Origin: Malacoraja senta
Taxonomy: Eukaryota
Assembly (NCBI GenBank): GCA_038087875.1
Contig: CM075996.1
Span: 126,001-190,000, forward strand
Direction: 5' to 3'
Length of the DNA: 64,000 nt
Of the stretch, positions 12,374-25,410 are shown piece by piece (positions within the stretch are counted from its first letter, which is position 1; each line of letters starts with the position of its first letter). Made by a program: the position numbers and the translations under genes. A model generated the notes under the pieces. It made no database searches. It saw only the letters and a list, made by a program, of their open reading frames with translations, and had not been told where the DNA came from.

Positions 12374-13318
12374 TTAGTTTAGTTCGGAGATATAGTGTGG
12401 AAACAGGCCCTTCGTCCCACCGAGTCCGCGTTGTAAAATTCTTGTGTATATTAGACCATAGTACACTTTGCATTACTGAGTCAATATGCTCTCTACTGTA
12501 CAGCAGAGAGCATATTGACTGGTTGCATCATGGCCTGGTTCAGCAACTTGAACGTCCAGGAGCGGAAAAGACTGCAAAAAGTTGTGACCACTGCCCAGTC
12601 CATCATCGGCTCTGACCTCCCCACCGTCGAAGGGATCTATCAGAGTTGCTGCCTCAAAAAGGCTGCCAATATCATCAGAGACCCACACCATTGGTGCTGA
12701 TTGGGGATGATCAGCCATGATCGCATTGAATGGTGGTGCTGGCTCAAAGGGCCGAATGGCCTACTCCTGCACCTATTGTCTATTGTCTATTGTCACCCTG
12801 GCCACACACTCATTTCACCATTGCTATCGGGAAGAAGGTACAGGAGCCTGAAACTGTAACGTCCAGGTTCAGGAACAGCTTCTTCCCGACAGCCATCAGG
12901 CTATTAAACACAACAACAAATAAGCTCTGAACTACAACAGACTATTATTATTATTGCACCATATTTGTTAATTTATTGAGTATGTGTGTATGTGTATATA
13001 TACACACTGAACTTTTTTTCTCTTGTTTATGTACTATGTTTACATATTCTGTTGTGCCGCAGCAAGTAAGAATGTCATTGTTCTATCTGGGACACATGAC
13101 AATAAAACACTCTTGACTCTCTTGTCTCTTGACCACTGATCACCCGTACATTAGTTCTATCCCACACACTGAGGACAATTTACAGAAGAAAATTAACCTA
13201 CAAATCAGCGCGTCTTTGGAATGTGGGAGGAAACCGAAGAAGCCCACACACTCACAGGAAGAACGTTCAAACTCCGTACAGACAGCATCCATAGTCAAGA
13301 TCGAACCCAGGTCTCTAC
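12374..13318 (-). mobile_element. V-SINE (HE1-like) split by a Rex1/Babar insertion
   Basis: Tail half at 12374-12430; V-domain half at 13130-13318. Confidence 0.75.
12482..13125 (+). mobile_element. Rex1/Babar LINE 3' fragment with a nested CR1 tail at about 12693-12793
   Basis: ESILTGCIMAWFSNLNVQERKRLQKVV...RFRNSFFPTAIRLLN; (CTCTTGA)-type tail. Confidence 0.85.
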
Positions 13319-14044
13319 TGCTGCTCCACCCATTCTACTCCTATTCCTCTAGTTCTACTGCACAGCTGGAATTTACCATCATTTAAATCAATAACAAGCC
13401 TTGGTTATCTGTTAGAATCCTGTACTATCAAGAGAAGCTGCCTTGTAAAACATATGCAAGATGGTGTATTCCAACTGCTAATGGACATCAACTCTCCACT
13501 GTCACAAATCTTAGAGGCATGCTATGTGGTCCATATTCTGTCTGCCAGATGTTTATATCCTACATGAGCCTTCTCCCAAACTCTCCTCTCACCATCTCCT
13601 CATATCTCCTCCCTTTCCTTTCCTCCTTGAGTGTTTGCCCAGCTTCCTCACTCAACCACGCAATGCAAAGTGGATCAGCTATTAAAGCTGCCTCTGCACA
13701 GCTTTTGGTGACCTAGGTTCAATCCTGACCTTTGGTGCTGTCTGGGCGAAGTTTTCACTTTCTACGTTTTTTTTTGCCAAGTTCTCCTGTTTTCCGATCT
13801 CAAAACCACGAGGATTGATAGGTTCATTCACTGTTGTAAGTTGTCCCCACGTGTGTAGGTGAGTGGTAGAACCTGGGAGGAGTTGCGGAAAATGTGGCGA
13901 GAATAGGTAATGGGAAATGAGATTGTTGACATGGGCACAATGGGTCAAAATGGCTTCCTTCTATGCCGTAAGGAGATAATGGAAGAAATGAAATCCCTGT
14001 GGGAGAGTAAGGTCCATTTGAACGGCACCCATTGGAACCATTGG

Positions 14045-14590
14045 AACAATCTGCCACAGGCAATGATGGTCCAATTCTATACGGCCATCGTAAAGTCTAT
14101 CCTCACCTTCTCCATCGTGGTCTGGCTTGGCTCAGCCACCAAGCACGACACCTGGAGGCTGCAGCGAATCATCCGATCAGCTGTGAAGGTTATTGCCTGC
14201 AACCTTCCCTCCATTTATGAACTGTACACTGCAAGGGCCAGGAAGCGAGCGGGTAAGATCATCTCTGACCCCTCTCTCCCTGGCCACAAACTCTTTGAAT
14301 CACTTCTCTCTGGAAGGCGACTCCGGATTGTCAAAGCTGCCACAGCCAGACAGAAAAACAGCGTTTTTTCCACGAGTAGTAGCTCTACTCAATAACCAAA
14401 GATCTGTAGCCTCCTTTTGCTCTGGTATTTTATTTAATTCACATGTTTAACCGATAATGTTTTATTATTAATGTTTGAAGTGTCATTCCTAACTGTCACT
14501 GTATGTCATGTTGCCACTTGCGGGCGGAGCACCAAGGCAAATTCCTTGTATGTGAATACTTGGCCAATAAACTTATTCATTCATTCATTA
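14045..14590 (+). mobile_element. Rex1/Babar LINE 3' fragment (second family)
   Basis: LPQAMMVQFYTAIVKSILTFSIVVW...DPSLPGHKLFESLLSGRRLR; (ATTC)n tail. Confidence 0.85.
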
Positions 14591-15302
14591 GTGACTATTT
14601 TATATTTACACCTACTCATTCGTTACTGACCATGTCAAAGCATTCACCGTATTATGATCTAAAAGATCTTTATCGGGCCAAATATTAATCCTCTTGTGAA
14701 GAGAAGTGCATGTGCTTATTCCATTTTTCCTTATTGGTGTAATCTCTCAGTTATGGGCTCAGTCTTATAACTCTTTACTGCACCTTCACTGGTACCTGTA
14801 TTAAATAGTGACCAGAGCAGTTCACAGTGTTGCAAGTATAATCTTAACTAAGATCTGGTGTAAGTTTAAATAACATCTCTACTCTCTGATTTGGAAATGA
14901 ACCAGAGTACTTGTGTGTGCCCCCCACTTTGAAAGTTTAGTGTTTCTGGATCACTACATTCCATTGCTCATCCACCCCATTAATATTCTTATTGTCTCAG
15001 TGTCAACCTTTCATTAATTTGCATGCTGAATCATCATTAGATTGAGTGGAATTCCTCCACCACAGTGGTCTGTGTCCAAAGACACAGGAAGTGAATGACA
15101 TTAACTGCATTCTAAAATTATGAACAATGGAAAGTGGTGGGGGTGGTTATCTATTATGTGGCGACTGAAGTCAAACTTCCTCCTTCACCTCTTAGTACTT
15201 TAACAAGCTCACTTGATGCCTCACTGATCGATGACCCCACTGAGCACATTGATACTGAGATTCAATTCCATTTCCCTATCCCTATTAGCGTTTACGTTGA
15301 CC

Positions 15303-15602
15303 ACAGGGCGCAGCGGTTGAGTTACTGCCTTACAACACCAGAGACCTGAGTTTGATCCTGGCTACAGGCACTTGTCTGTACGGAGATTGTACCTTTTCCC
15401 CGTGACCGCATGGGTTTTCTCCAAGAACTTCAGATTCCTCCCACACTTCAAAGACGTATAGATTTGTAAGTTAATTGGCTTGGTATAAATGTAAAAATTG
15501 TCCCTAGTGTTCCATAGTGTTAATGTGCGGGGATCGCTGGTCGGTGCGGACTCGGTGGGCCGAAGGGCCTGTTTCTGCTCAGTATCTCTACACTAAACTA
15601 AA
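15303..15602 (+). mobile_element. tRNA-derived V-SINE (HE1-like)
   Basis: A/B-box-like head (ggcgcagcgg...gtttgatcc), V-domain (tgtacggagattgtacc...cctcccacac) and (CTAAA)n tail. Confidence 0.85.
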
Positions 15603-15799
15603 AGTAAACAGGGCAGGGTCTTACTCGAGGCCCAATGTATAAGAGTGGCCATAGTTAACCTAGTTTTCCCGTTCCTGGTTTGATCGTAGTGAAGTATTTT
15701 GGAAAGTACGTGTACTCGTATTTAATGCAAGGTCGTGGTCAGGCTCTCAATCTAGTTCACTGTTCAGACCAAGTTGGCTGCTTGGATTTCCGGATAAAT

Positions 15800-16925
15800 A
15801 TATATATATATTTTTTTAATTTTTATTTATTAGAAGTACATTACATTACAACCAATTACATTAGTACTCATCACGTATATCTTATTACAATTAATGAACT
15901 CCGTCATTTTTTACACTGATAAAAAGGAAAGGTTGAGATTAAGAAAAAAGAGAAAGTGAAGGTAAATAGTGAAGGTGTAAAAACGTGACAACAAGAAAGA
16001 ACAGAGACCCTGTAGAAAAGAAATTAAAAAGAAAGGATTAAGAGATAGACCCTAAAGAAGAAAGAAAAGAGAAAGAGGAAAAAAAGAGAAAAAACAAATA
16101 CTTTGTTATAAGCATCACGCAAATGGGATATACCAACTCTCCAGCTTTCATCCCCCTTTACCTGACCTCAGATTTTTTTTTAAGTACTTTTGCACCCTAT
16201 ACTTGTAATAATTCTATAAATGCAGACCACGTCAGGTGAATCTGGTTTACCTGCCAGGAGGAGTCTTATCTCTTCTAGGTGTAATGTTTCAAACATATTT
16301 GAAATCCACATGTTTATAGTTGGTATTGGAGCGTTTTTCCAGAATTTTAGGATTAACTTTTTTCCAGTTATTAACCCGTAATCTATTAATTTCTTTTGAA
16401 ACACATTTAGTTCAGGACTATCTTCCGTTGTTCCGGAGATACTCCATTCTGCTTTTGGTATCAGTTTTATTTTAAATAATTTTGTAAAGATTTCAAAAAT
16501 TTCAATCCAAAATTTTTGAATTTTTGTACAAAAAACAAATGAGTGCGCTATAGTAGCTTCTTGAGATTGACATTTATCACAAATGGATGATACATTGGGG
16601 AACATTTTATTAATTTTAGTTTTTGAATAATATAATCTATGTAAAATTTTAAATTGTATTAAAGTGTGTCTTACATTAATCGAACATTTATGCACGTTTA
16701 ATAAATGTTCATTCCACCTTTCCTTTGAGATTTTAATAGCTAATTCTTGTTCCCAGACTCTTCTAATACCTTCCGTAGATGGTATTTCTACATTTAAGAT
16801 AATATTATACAAATATGATATTAAGTTTGCTGATTCAGCTTTTATCTGCATTGCTTCATCCAATACATCTGCTGGGATATTATAATGATCTTTTGTATAT
16901 TTTTTCAAATAGTCACATATAATTC
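15800..16925 (-). mobile_element. L1-clade LINE 3' fragment (ORF2 C-terminal CCHC region, T-rich 3' UTR)
   Basis: ORF 16180-16908: IQFKILHRLYYSKTK...CDKCQSQEATIAHSFVFC..IQKFW; AATAAA and A-rich tail near 15810-15830. Confidence 0.9.
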
Positions 16926-17085
16926 AATGTCATTGTTAATCCCGTGCCTTCTATCGGAAAGGAAGTTAAACCTCCGAATATTTTGAAACCCAAACGTTGA
17001 TCATTTTTGCTTCCGCAGTTCAGAAATTCAAAGGCTGTGATTATGGAGCTACCCTGGGTGAAAAGACATTTCCCACACCAACTTA

Positions 17086-17588
17086 AAGGCCTGTCCCACT
17101 GCGGCGACCTAATCCGCGAGTTCTGACAAATTTGCCCTCGACTCCTACTCGCAGCATGGTCCACGCGAGGTCCTAGGAGGTCTTTGTAACTCTCCTTCAT
17201 GCTTGAGCGTAGTCCCCGCGTACTCGAGGCCTCAGCTAGGTCGCGGCGTATTTTTCAACATGTTGAAAAATGCCCGCAAGTAAAAAAATCGCTACTTTTT
17301 TTACTCGTAGGTTTAGTCGAAGTAGGTCGTAGTAGGTCCGCATGTTAATCGTAGGTAATCGAGGGTGGTCAAAGGTAGTCGTAGATAGTCTTCAACATAG
17401 TCGAAGGGAGGTCAAAGGAGATCGAAGGTGGTCGTCTTCACTCTCCACTATTTGGTGTCCAATTTTCCCGAAGCTAGTTGAAGCTAGTCTTCTACATAGT
17501 CGAAGGAGGTCTTCAACATGACATTTTTTCAAATACTCCTAAACTCTTCTAAACTCGCGAATTAGGTCGCCCAAGTGGGACAGCCCCT
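17086..17588. mobile_element. PIF/Harbinger-type MITE (long variant)
   Basis: AGGCCTGTCCCACT / AGTGGGACAGCCCCT ends; TAA flank. Confidence 0.85.
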
Positions 17589-18059
17589 TAACTCACTTCA
17601 GCCCCAAACAAGAAAGGACCATTATTCACATTCTCTTTCGCTTTAGATCACCAACCCCTTGAATTTCTGAACCAAAAATGATCAGTATTTGCATTTCCAA
17701 ACATCCAGAGATTTATTTTGCTTTCCGAACAAAGGCAGTAGATTAACAACGATGTTCAGAGCTACTTGCATTAACACTTCCCACCTTCGAGGCTTGGTTG
17801 CCACATCCATTGCAGTAGTGAGGGAGCACGGCACATAAAGAGAGAATTCTGAAGCAGGGTCTTGACCTGAAACGTCACCCGTTCCTTCTCTCCAGAGATG
17901 CTGCCTGTCCCGCTGAGTTACTCCAGCTTTTTGTGTCTACCTTCGATGTAAACCAGCATCTGCAGTTCTTTCCCACACATAAAGAGAGACAGCACCAAAA
18001 TTGCACTTCACTGATTGGAAAGATGATACAGCATTGAGAAGGCGGCACATACTGAAAAG

Positions 18060-19205
18060 TGTTCTATTAGTGGGGTGTTTCAGAGGGAATGCTGCAGAGT
18101 TGGAAGGCAGTACTGAGGGAGTGCTGCACTATTAGAAGGGTAGTTTTGAAGGAATGCTACACCCTCAGAGGGTTGGCACTGAAGGAGTACTGCACTGTCA
18201 GGAACAGCACGAAGGGAGCGCTGCCATGTTGGAGGGGCAATTTTGAGGATGTGTTAAGCGTCAGCAGGGCAGCATTGCGGAAGTACTGCACTGCTGAGGT
18301 GATAGTACTGATGGAGTGCTGCACTGATGAAGGGCCTTAAACAAAGGCACATTGCACAGTGAGAAGGCCATTATTGAGAAATTGCTACACTATCAAAAGG
18401 ACAGAAGTAAGGTAGTGACACACCATCTGTACTGAAGAACCACTGCAGTACTGGAGAGACAATACTGAGGGTGTACTGTGCTGACACTGGATCAGCATCA
18501 AGGGAACATAGCATCAAGGGAACGCTGTCAGAGGGCCACGACTGAGAATGCACAGCACTGCTGCAGCAATGCACTGTTTGCAGGTGGACACAAAAAGCTG
18601 GAGTGACTCAGCGGGATAGACAGCATCTCTGGACAAAAGGAATAGGTGACGTTTCGGGTCGAGATCCTTCTTAAGTCTGAAGAAGGGCCTCGACCCGAAA
18701 CGTCACCTATTCCTTTTGTCCAGAGATGCTGTCTATCCCGCTGAGTTGCTCCAGCATTTTGTGTCTATCTGCGATTTAAAACAGCATCTGCAGTTCCTTC
18801 CCACGCATACTGTTTGCAGGTGTTACCTAGGAGAGCTCCACCCTGTCCGACGGACAGTACTGAGGATGCAACCACATTGTCTAATTGTTAGTGGTGAGTG
18901 AGAACAGCATTGTTAGAGGCGCTGTACCGACCGCATGCTACGCTGATGATGGACCAGTGCTGAAGGAGGGTTGCACTATTGGGGCAGAACACAAGAATGT
19001 TGGAGGCGCAGTGTTGAAGGGCTTCCCTGCTCTCAGAAGCGGAGCTAAGGGAGTGCTGCATTGTTGGAATGGCCATACTATGCGGATGTTAGACTTTCAG
19101 AAGGACAGCAACAACTGTCAACGCATTAGGACTGAGGGAGCACTACACAGTCAGAGGGGAAGAAATGGGAGAATGCTACACTTTTTTGATATATTACGTT
19201 AAACC
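18060..19205 (+). repeat. Degenerate minisatellite with units of about 30 bp (gcagtactgagggagtgctgcactgt...), containing a PLE hairpin at 18585-18805
   Basis: Many diverged copies of gtactga(g/a)ggagtgctgcact. Confidence 0.8.
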
Positions 19206-19260
19206 AAACGTAACTCAAACAATGTCTCTGTCTAATACTACAGCTGCAAGATAAGTCTAA

Positions 19261-19488
19261 AGGGCCTGTCCCACTTTCACGACCTAATTCACGACCTCTG
19301 CTGAGTTTGCCCTTGACTCACACTCGCAGCATGGTCGTCACGAGGTCGTAGGTAGGTCTTAGCAGGTCGTGATGCTAGTCGTAGGTACTCGTGGCATCAA
19401 CTAGGTCGCGGCGTTTTTTTAAGCCTGATGAAAAATGCCAACGAGTAAAAAAGGTCGTGAATTAGTTTGTGAAAGTGGGACAGGCCCT
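19261..19488. mobile_element. PIF/Harbinger-type MITE (subfamily A)
   Basis: TIR AGGGCCTGTCCCACTTTCAC; TSD TAA. Confidence 0.9.
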
Positions 19489-19854
19489 TAAAGGTTTTTT
19501 TTTAGTGCACCAAGATGTGATCTGGACGAACTTCCTGAAAGTGCAATGCTTTCAGACTCATTGGAATACCTAAAAGGGAATTGGGTAAATGCATAAACTT
19601 GTAGGTAAAGAGCTGGGAGATGGGTCTAACTGAATAATCTTTCAAGGAACCATTTAGATATGATGGGTTGAATGGCTTTCTTCATTGTAAGATTCAATGA
19701 TGTCCCATTGGCAGTCACATTGGTCTTGGATAGTAATACAAAATTGACAATAGTGAATTGTCAGCCAAATTTACACATCCCAAATATTACCATTACATTT
19801 TTTCAGTGCATTCATCTATTATCTGTTTATGGGAGCTTGCTCTGTTTAAATGGA

Positions 19855-20070
19855 CACATTTCCCAACTGTTCCAACGGAGCACCGCCCCAAAACAAGTTT
19901 CCTATTCCCATTTCCAACAAGGTCAAAGAGCTCCCAAAGGTTGGAAGAAATTAATGCAAAGACATCCGCAAAGCATCTCTGAAGAAATTTGGGATTGGCA
20001 CTAAACGTTGGGAAGTTGAAGCAATGAAGCAACATCTGTATGATGGAACCTTTCACTTCAAAGATATTTG
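19855..20070 (+). mobile_element. Old RTE-clade LINE fragment
   Basis: PKQVSYSHFQQGQR, then shifted frame KDIRKASLKKFGI, resembling the RTE ORF C-terminus. Confidence 0.55.
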
Positions 20071-20149
20071 CCTCTCTCAGGCAGCAAAAAAAAGAGAGAA
20101 ACCGAAGAGAGAGAACAGCTGTGAACGTGGATAGACCTTCCCTTGAGCA

Positions 20150-21005
20150 AAGTTGGACGAATTACAGATGGGGATGAATCAGAGTATAGAAGTGAGATCA
20201 ACCGATTGACCAAATGGTGCCAGCACAACAACCTGGCTCTCAACACCAGTAAAACCAACGAACTGATTGTGGACTTTGGAAGGGGAAGGATGAGGACCCA
20301 TAACCCAGTTTATATCAATGGGACAATGGTGGAGAGGGTCAAAAACTTTAAATTCCTGGGTGTGCATATTTCCGAAGATCTTTCCTGGACACAGCACACT
20401 GATGCAATCATAAAGAAGGCACATCAGCGCCTCTACTTCCTGAGAAGACTACAGAGAGTCGGTATGTCAAGGAGGATTCACTTGAACTTCTACAGGTGCG
20501 CAGTGGAGAACATAGTGACTGGCTGCATCGTGGCCTGGTTCGACAACTTGAACGTCCAGGAGCAAAAAGTTGTGAGCACTGCCCAGTCCATCACCGGCCT
20601 GACCTCCCCACCATCGAAGGGATCTATCGAAGTCGCTGCCTCAAAAAGGCGGCCAACATCATCAAAGACCCACACCATCCTGGCCTCACACTCATCTCTC
20701 CGCTGCCATCGGGAAGAAGGTACAGGAGCCTGAAACTGTAACGACCAAGTTCAGGAACAGCTGCTTCCCTGCAGCCATCAGGCTATTAAACACAACATCA
20801 AATAAGCTCTGAACTACAACAGACTATTATTATTATTACTATATTTGTTTATTTATTGAGTCTGTGTGAATGTGTATACACACACTGAACTTTTTTTTTT
20901 CTCCCGTTGTGTACTATGTTTACATATTCCGTTGTGCTGCAGCAAGCAAGAATCTCATTGTCCTATCTGGGACACATGACAATAAAACACTCTTGACTCT
21001 CTTGA
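20150..21005 (+). mobile_element. Rex1/Babar LINE 3' part (RT C-terminus)
   Basis: DESEYRSEINRLTKWCQHNNLALNTSKTNELIVDF...FKFLGVHISEDLSW...AHQRLYFLRRL. Confidence 0.92.
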
Positions 21006-21904
21006 GTTGCATCTGTTCCGGGTTTGGACTTGAAGATTTGGCTCATAACCTACCTTAAGTCCCCAAAAGTTACCCTGAATCTGGACACGGAAAATATGGG
21101 GGAGAGTTTTCCTTATCTCTGAAGGATCAGCCAGAACAAGGCACTTTGAAAGGAATTAATTGGCTGTAAACTACTTTGGGATATCCTGGAGACATGAAAG
21201 GTAACAGTTGAAATGCTTCATTCTTTCCCACTTGTCGCAGTTAACCCTTTACTGCAATGACTGGCCTCCTTTGTCGGTTCTCTCATAATACTGAAAATAT
21301 GTTCATCTTGACTTCCTGTCTTCGCAAGAATAGGCTTGGTTCCTCTAACCTTTTCTTCCACCTGCATTCGAAGAACACCAAAGCACAGTAGGAGCTAATT
21401 CAAGCATGTCGTTCTTTGATGGCCCTTTAAAAATATCCTCCAATTAGAACTACTTTTCTGAAGGTTTTAACTGCATAAGTATTTATTTAATTCAATTTTC
21501 ACTGTTCAATTTTCAATTTTCAATCCGTGTCAGGCATTGCATTCCAGATATAGTAGGTCACTGCACAGAAAGAATCATGCCTCTCATATCCCCTCTGGTT
21601 CATTTAAAATTATATTAAATCCTCTAATTATTTTCCTTCACCAGGTGCAATTACTTCTTATTTGTGCTGCAAACCCCTTTATGACTCTATTAAATCTTCC
21701 TTAAACTTCTAAAACAAATAACCCCAGCTCTCCTGGTTCATGGCTTGGTGGGTGGGATGGGATGATGTGAATTTTAATCAGCCAGTGGAAGTCATGTCGA
21801 CTGAGCAGATGTTAGCGGAGCCTTCCTCACCTCACGCCTTGTTCCACCTTTATTACATCTATCTCATTCGCAGCTCGGGCAAGGGCCATAAGTTCAGAAG
21901 TCGT

Positions 21905-22106
21905 AGGGCGATGGAGTCCGGTTCTCTGGATACTTTCAAGAGAGAGCTAGATACGGCTCTTAAAGATAGCGGAGTCAGGGGATATGGGGAGAAGGCAGGA
22001 ACGGGGTACTGATTAGGGATGATCAGCCATGATCACATTGAAATGGTGGTGCTGGCTCCGAAGGGCCGTATGGCCTACTCCTGCACCTATTGTCTATTGT
22101 CTATTG
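21905..22106 (+). mobile_element. CR1 3' tail fragment
   Basis: SLDTFKRELD...GYGEKAGTGY* followed by (TATTGTC)n. Confidence 0.9.
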
Positions 22107-22375
22107 AGAAGAGTAGGCCATTCAGCCCATCGAGTCTACTCTGTCATTCCTCATGGCTGATCTATCTTTCCCTCTCAACCCCATTCTGACGCCTTCTCCC
22201 CAGATGCCTTGACACCCTTACCAACCAAGTATCTGTCAATCTCTGCCATGCAAAATACCCAATCACTTGGCCTCCACAGCCGTCCGTGGCAATGAATTCC
22301 ACAGATTCACCACAGATTTCACAGATACAAGTCATGCCGCATCTGTGGGTAGAGAAACAGTCAGCATTTCAGGTT

Positions 22376-22858
22376 GAAACATAGAAACATAGAAAATAGG
22401 TGCAGGAGTAGGCCATTCGGCCCTTCGAGCCTGCACTGCCATTCAATATGATCATGGCTGATCATCCAACTCAGCATCCCGTACCTGCCTTCTCTCCATA
22501 CCCCCTGATCCTTTTAGCCACAAGGGCCACATCTAACTCCCTCTTAAATATAGCCAATGAACTGGCCTCAACTACTTTCTGTGGCAGAGAATTCCACAGA
22601 TTCACCACTCTCTGTGTGAAAATTAATTTTCTCATCCTAAAAGACTTCCCCCTTATCCTTAAACTGTGACCCCTTGTTCTGGACTTCCCCAACATCGGGA
22701 ACAATATTCCTGCATCTAGCCTGTCCAACCCCTTAAGAATTTTGTAAGTTTCCATAAGATCCCCCCTAAATCTTCTAAATTCTAGCGAGTACAAACCGAG
22801 TCTATCCAGTCTTTCTTCAAATGAAAGTCCTGCCATCCCAGGAATCAGTCTGGTGAAG
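22376..22858 (-). mobile_element. CR1 (HER1-like) 3' fragment
   Basis: ORF 22471-22938, FTRLIPGMAGLSFEERLDRLGLYSLE. Confidence 0.93.
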
Positions 22859-23245
22859 GGTCTGTTGAAGACCCTACACTCATGGGATACTAAATGAAGG
22901 GACTTCACCGGAAACATTGACTCCGTTTCTCGTACCACAGTTGTGGCCTAACCTGCTGAGTAATTCCAGCCTCTCATAGAAGTGATCAGTGGTCGGCGTG
23001 GACTAGGTGGGCTGAAGCGCCTGTTTCCATGATGCATCTCTAAACTAAACTAAATTAAAAGTGTTCAGAGTCATGATCAGTTTACAGTCCCTCCAAAGTT
23101 TGTAACTGTGCAAAGAGATTTAACAAATTGATTAACGAAAAAACGGGTTGATGTGCTGAAGTGTGTAGGAAGGAACTGAAATGTGTTTTTTTCAAAGCAA
23201 GGAGTATCGTGGGTAAAGCAGATGAACTTAAAGCCTGGATCGTTA

Positions 23246-23876
23246 GCTAGTTTAGTTTAGAGATACAGCGCAGAAACCGTCCATTCGGCCCACTGAGTCT
23301 GCACCGACCAGCGATCCCCGCTTATTAACACTATCCTACACACACCAGTTCAGTTCAGTTTTATTTGTCATATGTAGGTTCAACGGTACAATGAAATGTT
23401 TCTTGACAAGACAACGGGTCACCTCAGCAATGATATTACAAGAATAAAATTAAGGTTAAAAAAAGATACAATAAAAGTGACATTGACAATAGACAATAGA
23501 TGCAGAGTAGGCCATTTGGCCCTTCGAGCCAATTGGTAGGTAAAAGACTGGTAGGTAAAAGACATTGGTAGGTAAAAGACAATAATAAATAAAATAATCA
23601 ACATATATGATGTGTTTATGAGTTCGGAAGCCTGATGGCATGATGATAAAAACTGTTCTTAAGTCTGGTGGTGCACTAGGGATAATTTACCTACAAAAGC
23701 CAATTAACCTACAAAACTACATCTTTGGAGTGTGGGAGGAAGCTGAAGATCTCACGTGGTCACGGTGAGAACATATAAACTCCGTACAGACACCACCCGT
23801 AGTCGGGATTGAACCCGAGTCTCGAACAAGCGATGTATGACAGCAACTTTGCCGCTGTGCCACCCTGCTGCGCCAC
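23246..23876 (-). mobile_element. V-SINE with an internal LINE-tail insertion
   Basis: (TTTAG)n tail at 23246; head near 23870. Confidence 0.7.
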
Positions 23877-24384
23877 CCTACCTCCTTCTGATGTTGTGGC
23901 TATTACAGAAACTTAGTTGCGAGAGGGACAGGACTGGTAGCTCAAAATCCCAGGATTTTGCTGTTTCAGATGTGATAGAGGGGTTAAAGTGGTGGAGGTT
24001 GCTCTACTAATTAGGGAGAATGTCATGGGTGCAGGCTTTGACTTACCTTAACCACAACATGCATTGAGATGCACACTTCAGCCCATCAACCCTCAGCACT
24101 TACGTTAATCAACTTAAATCTCTTTGCACAGTTGGCAACTTTAGAGACACTGACAATTGTGCATGATTTTGAACACTTCCAGCAGAGAAAATCAAAAAAG
24201 GAGGACATACAGAAGGGTTCTCAGAGAGGAGTTACTGGAGGGTTAGTCCACTGAGGTAATATGAGTAAAACTCAAAAAAAAGAAAGATGCAATCACTCTA
24301 ATGCGATTATGCTGTAGACTTGCCAATAGCCAGTGGGAGATGGAGGACCAGATATGTAGGCAGATTACTGAATGATGCAAAAGT

Positions 24385-24811
24385 GGGCGGCATGGTGGCG
24401 CAGTGGTAGAGCTATTGCTTTACAGCGCCAGAGACTCGGGTTCGTTCCTGACTACGGGTGCTGTCTGTATGGAGTTTGTACGTTCTCCCTGTGACCTGCG
24501 TGGGTTTTCTCCAAGATCTTCGGTTTCCTCTCACATTCCAAAGAAGAACAGGTTTGCAAGTTAATTGGCTTGGTATAAATGTAAATTGCCCCTAGTGTAT
24601 GTAGGGTACTGTTAAGGGCTTGTCCCACTTTCACAACCTAATTCACAACCTTTTTTACTCGTGGACATTTTTCATCAGGCTAGAAAAAGGCAGAGGTCGT
24701 GAATTAGGTCGTGAAAGTGGGACAGGCCCATTAGTGTGCGGGGATCGCTGGTCGGCACTGGTCAGTGGGTGAAGGGCCTGTTTCGGCGCTGTATCTCTAA
24801 ACTGAACTAAA
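24385..24811 (+). mobile_element. V-SINE (HE1-like) split by a MITE
   Basis: tggcgcagtggtag A box, gggttcgttcc B box, V domain and ctaaactgaactaaa tail. Confidence 0.88.
24615..24730. mobile_element. Short PIF/Harbinger-type MITE (subfamily A deletion derivative)
   Basis: TIRs present; TSD TTA; removing it restores the SINE. Confidence 0.9.
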
Positions 24812-25004
24812 CGCTATGGTTGTAGTAGGCAACTTTAACTTCACCAATTTTGACTGGGACTTACTTAGTGCAAAAAGGCTTACGCAAGGCAGAATTTATT
24901 CCAGTGGGGTGGAAGGATAAGAATGGCAAGGCAGGGGAATCTTGGATGACCAAAGAAGATGTAAATTTGGTCCCAAAAAAAGAAAGTGTGCAAGGCTGAG
25001 AAAG

Positions 25005-25410
25005 ATTGTATACTCTGGAATTTAGAAAGATGAGAGGAGATCTTATTGAAACATATAAGATTATTAAGGGTTTGGACACGCTAGAGGCAGGAAACATGTT
25101 CCCGATGTTGGGGGAGTCCAGAACCAGGGGCCACAGTTTAAGAATAAGGGGTAAGCCATTTAGAACGGAGACGAGGAAACACCTTTTCACACAGAGAGTT
25201 GTGAGTCTGTGGAATTCTCTGCCTCAGAGGGCGGTTCTCTGGATACTTTCAAGAGAGAGCTAGATAGGGCTCTTGAAGATAGCGGAGTCAGGGGATATGG
25301 GGAGAAGGCAGGAACGGGGTACTGATTGTGGATGATCAGCCATGATCACATTGAATGGCGGTGCTGGCTTGAAGGGCCGAATGGCCTACTCCTGCACCTA
25401 TTGTCTATTG
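25005..25410 (+). mobile_element. Young CR1 3' fragment nested in the older CR1
   Basis: YTLEFRKMRGDLIETYKIIKG...; tattgtctattg tail. Confidence 0.9.

Noticed and set aside
24385..24450. tRNA gene
   Set aside because: The A/B boxes belong to a V-SINE head that continues into the SINE body and tail; no cloverleaf is evident.
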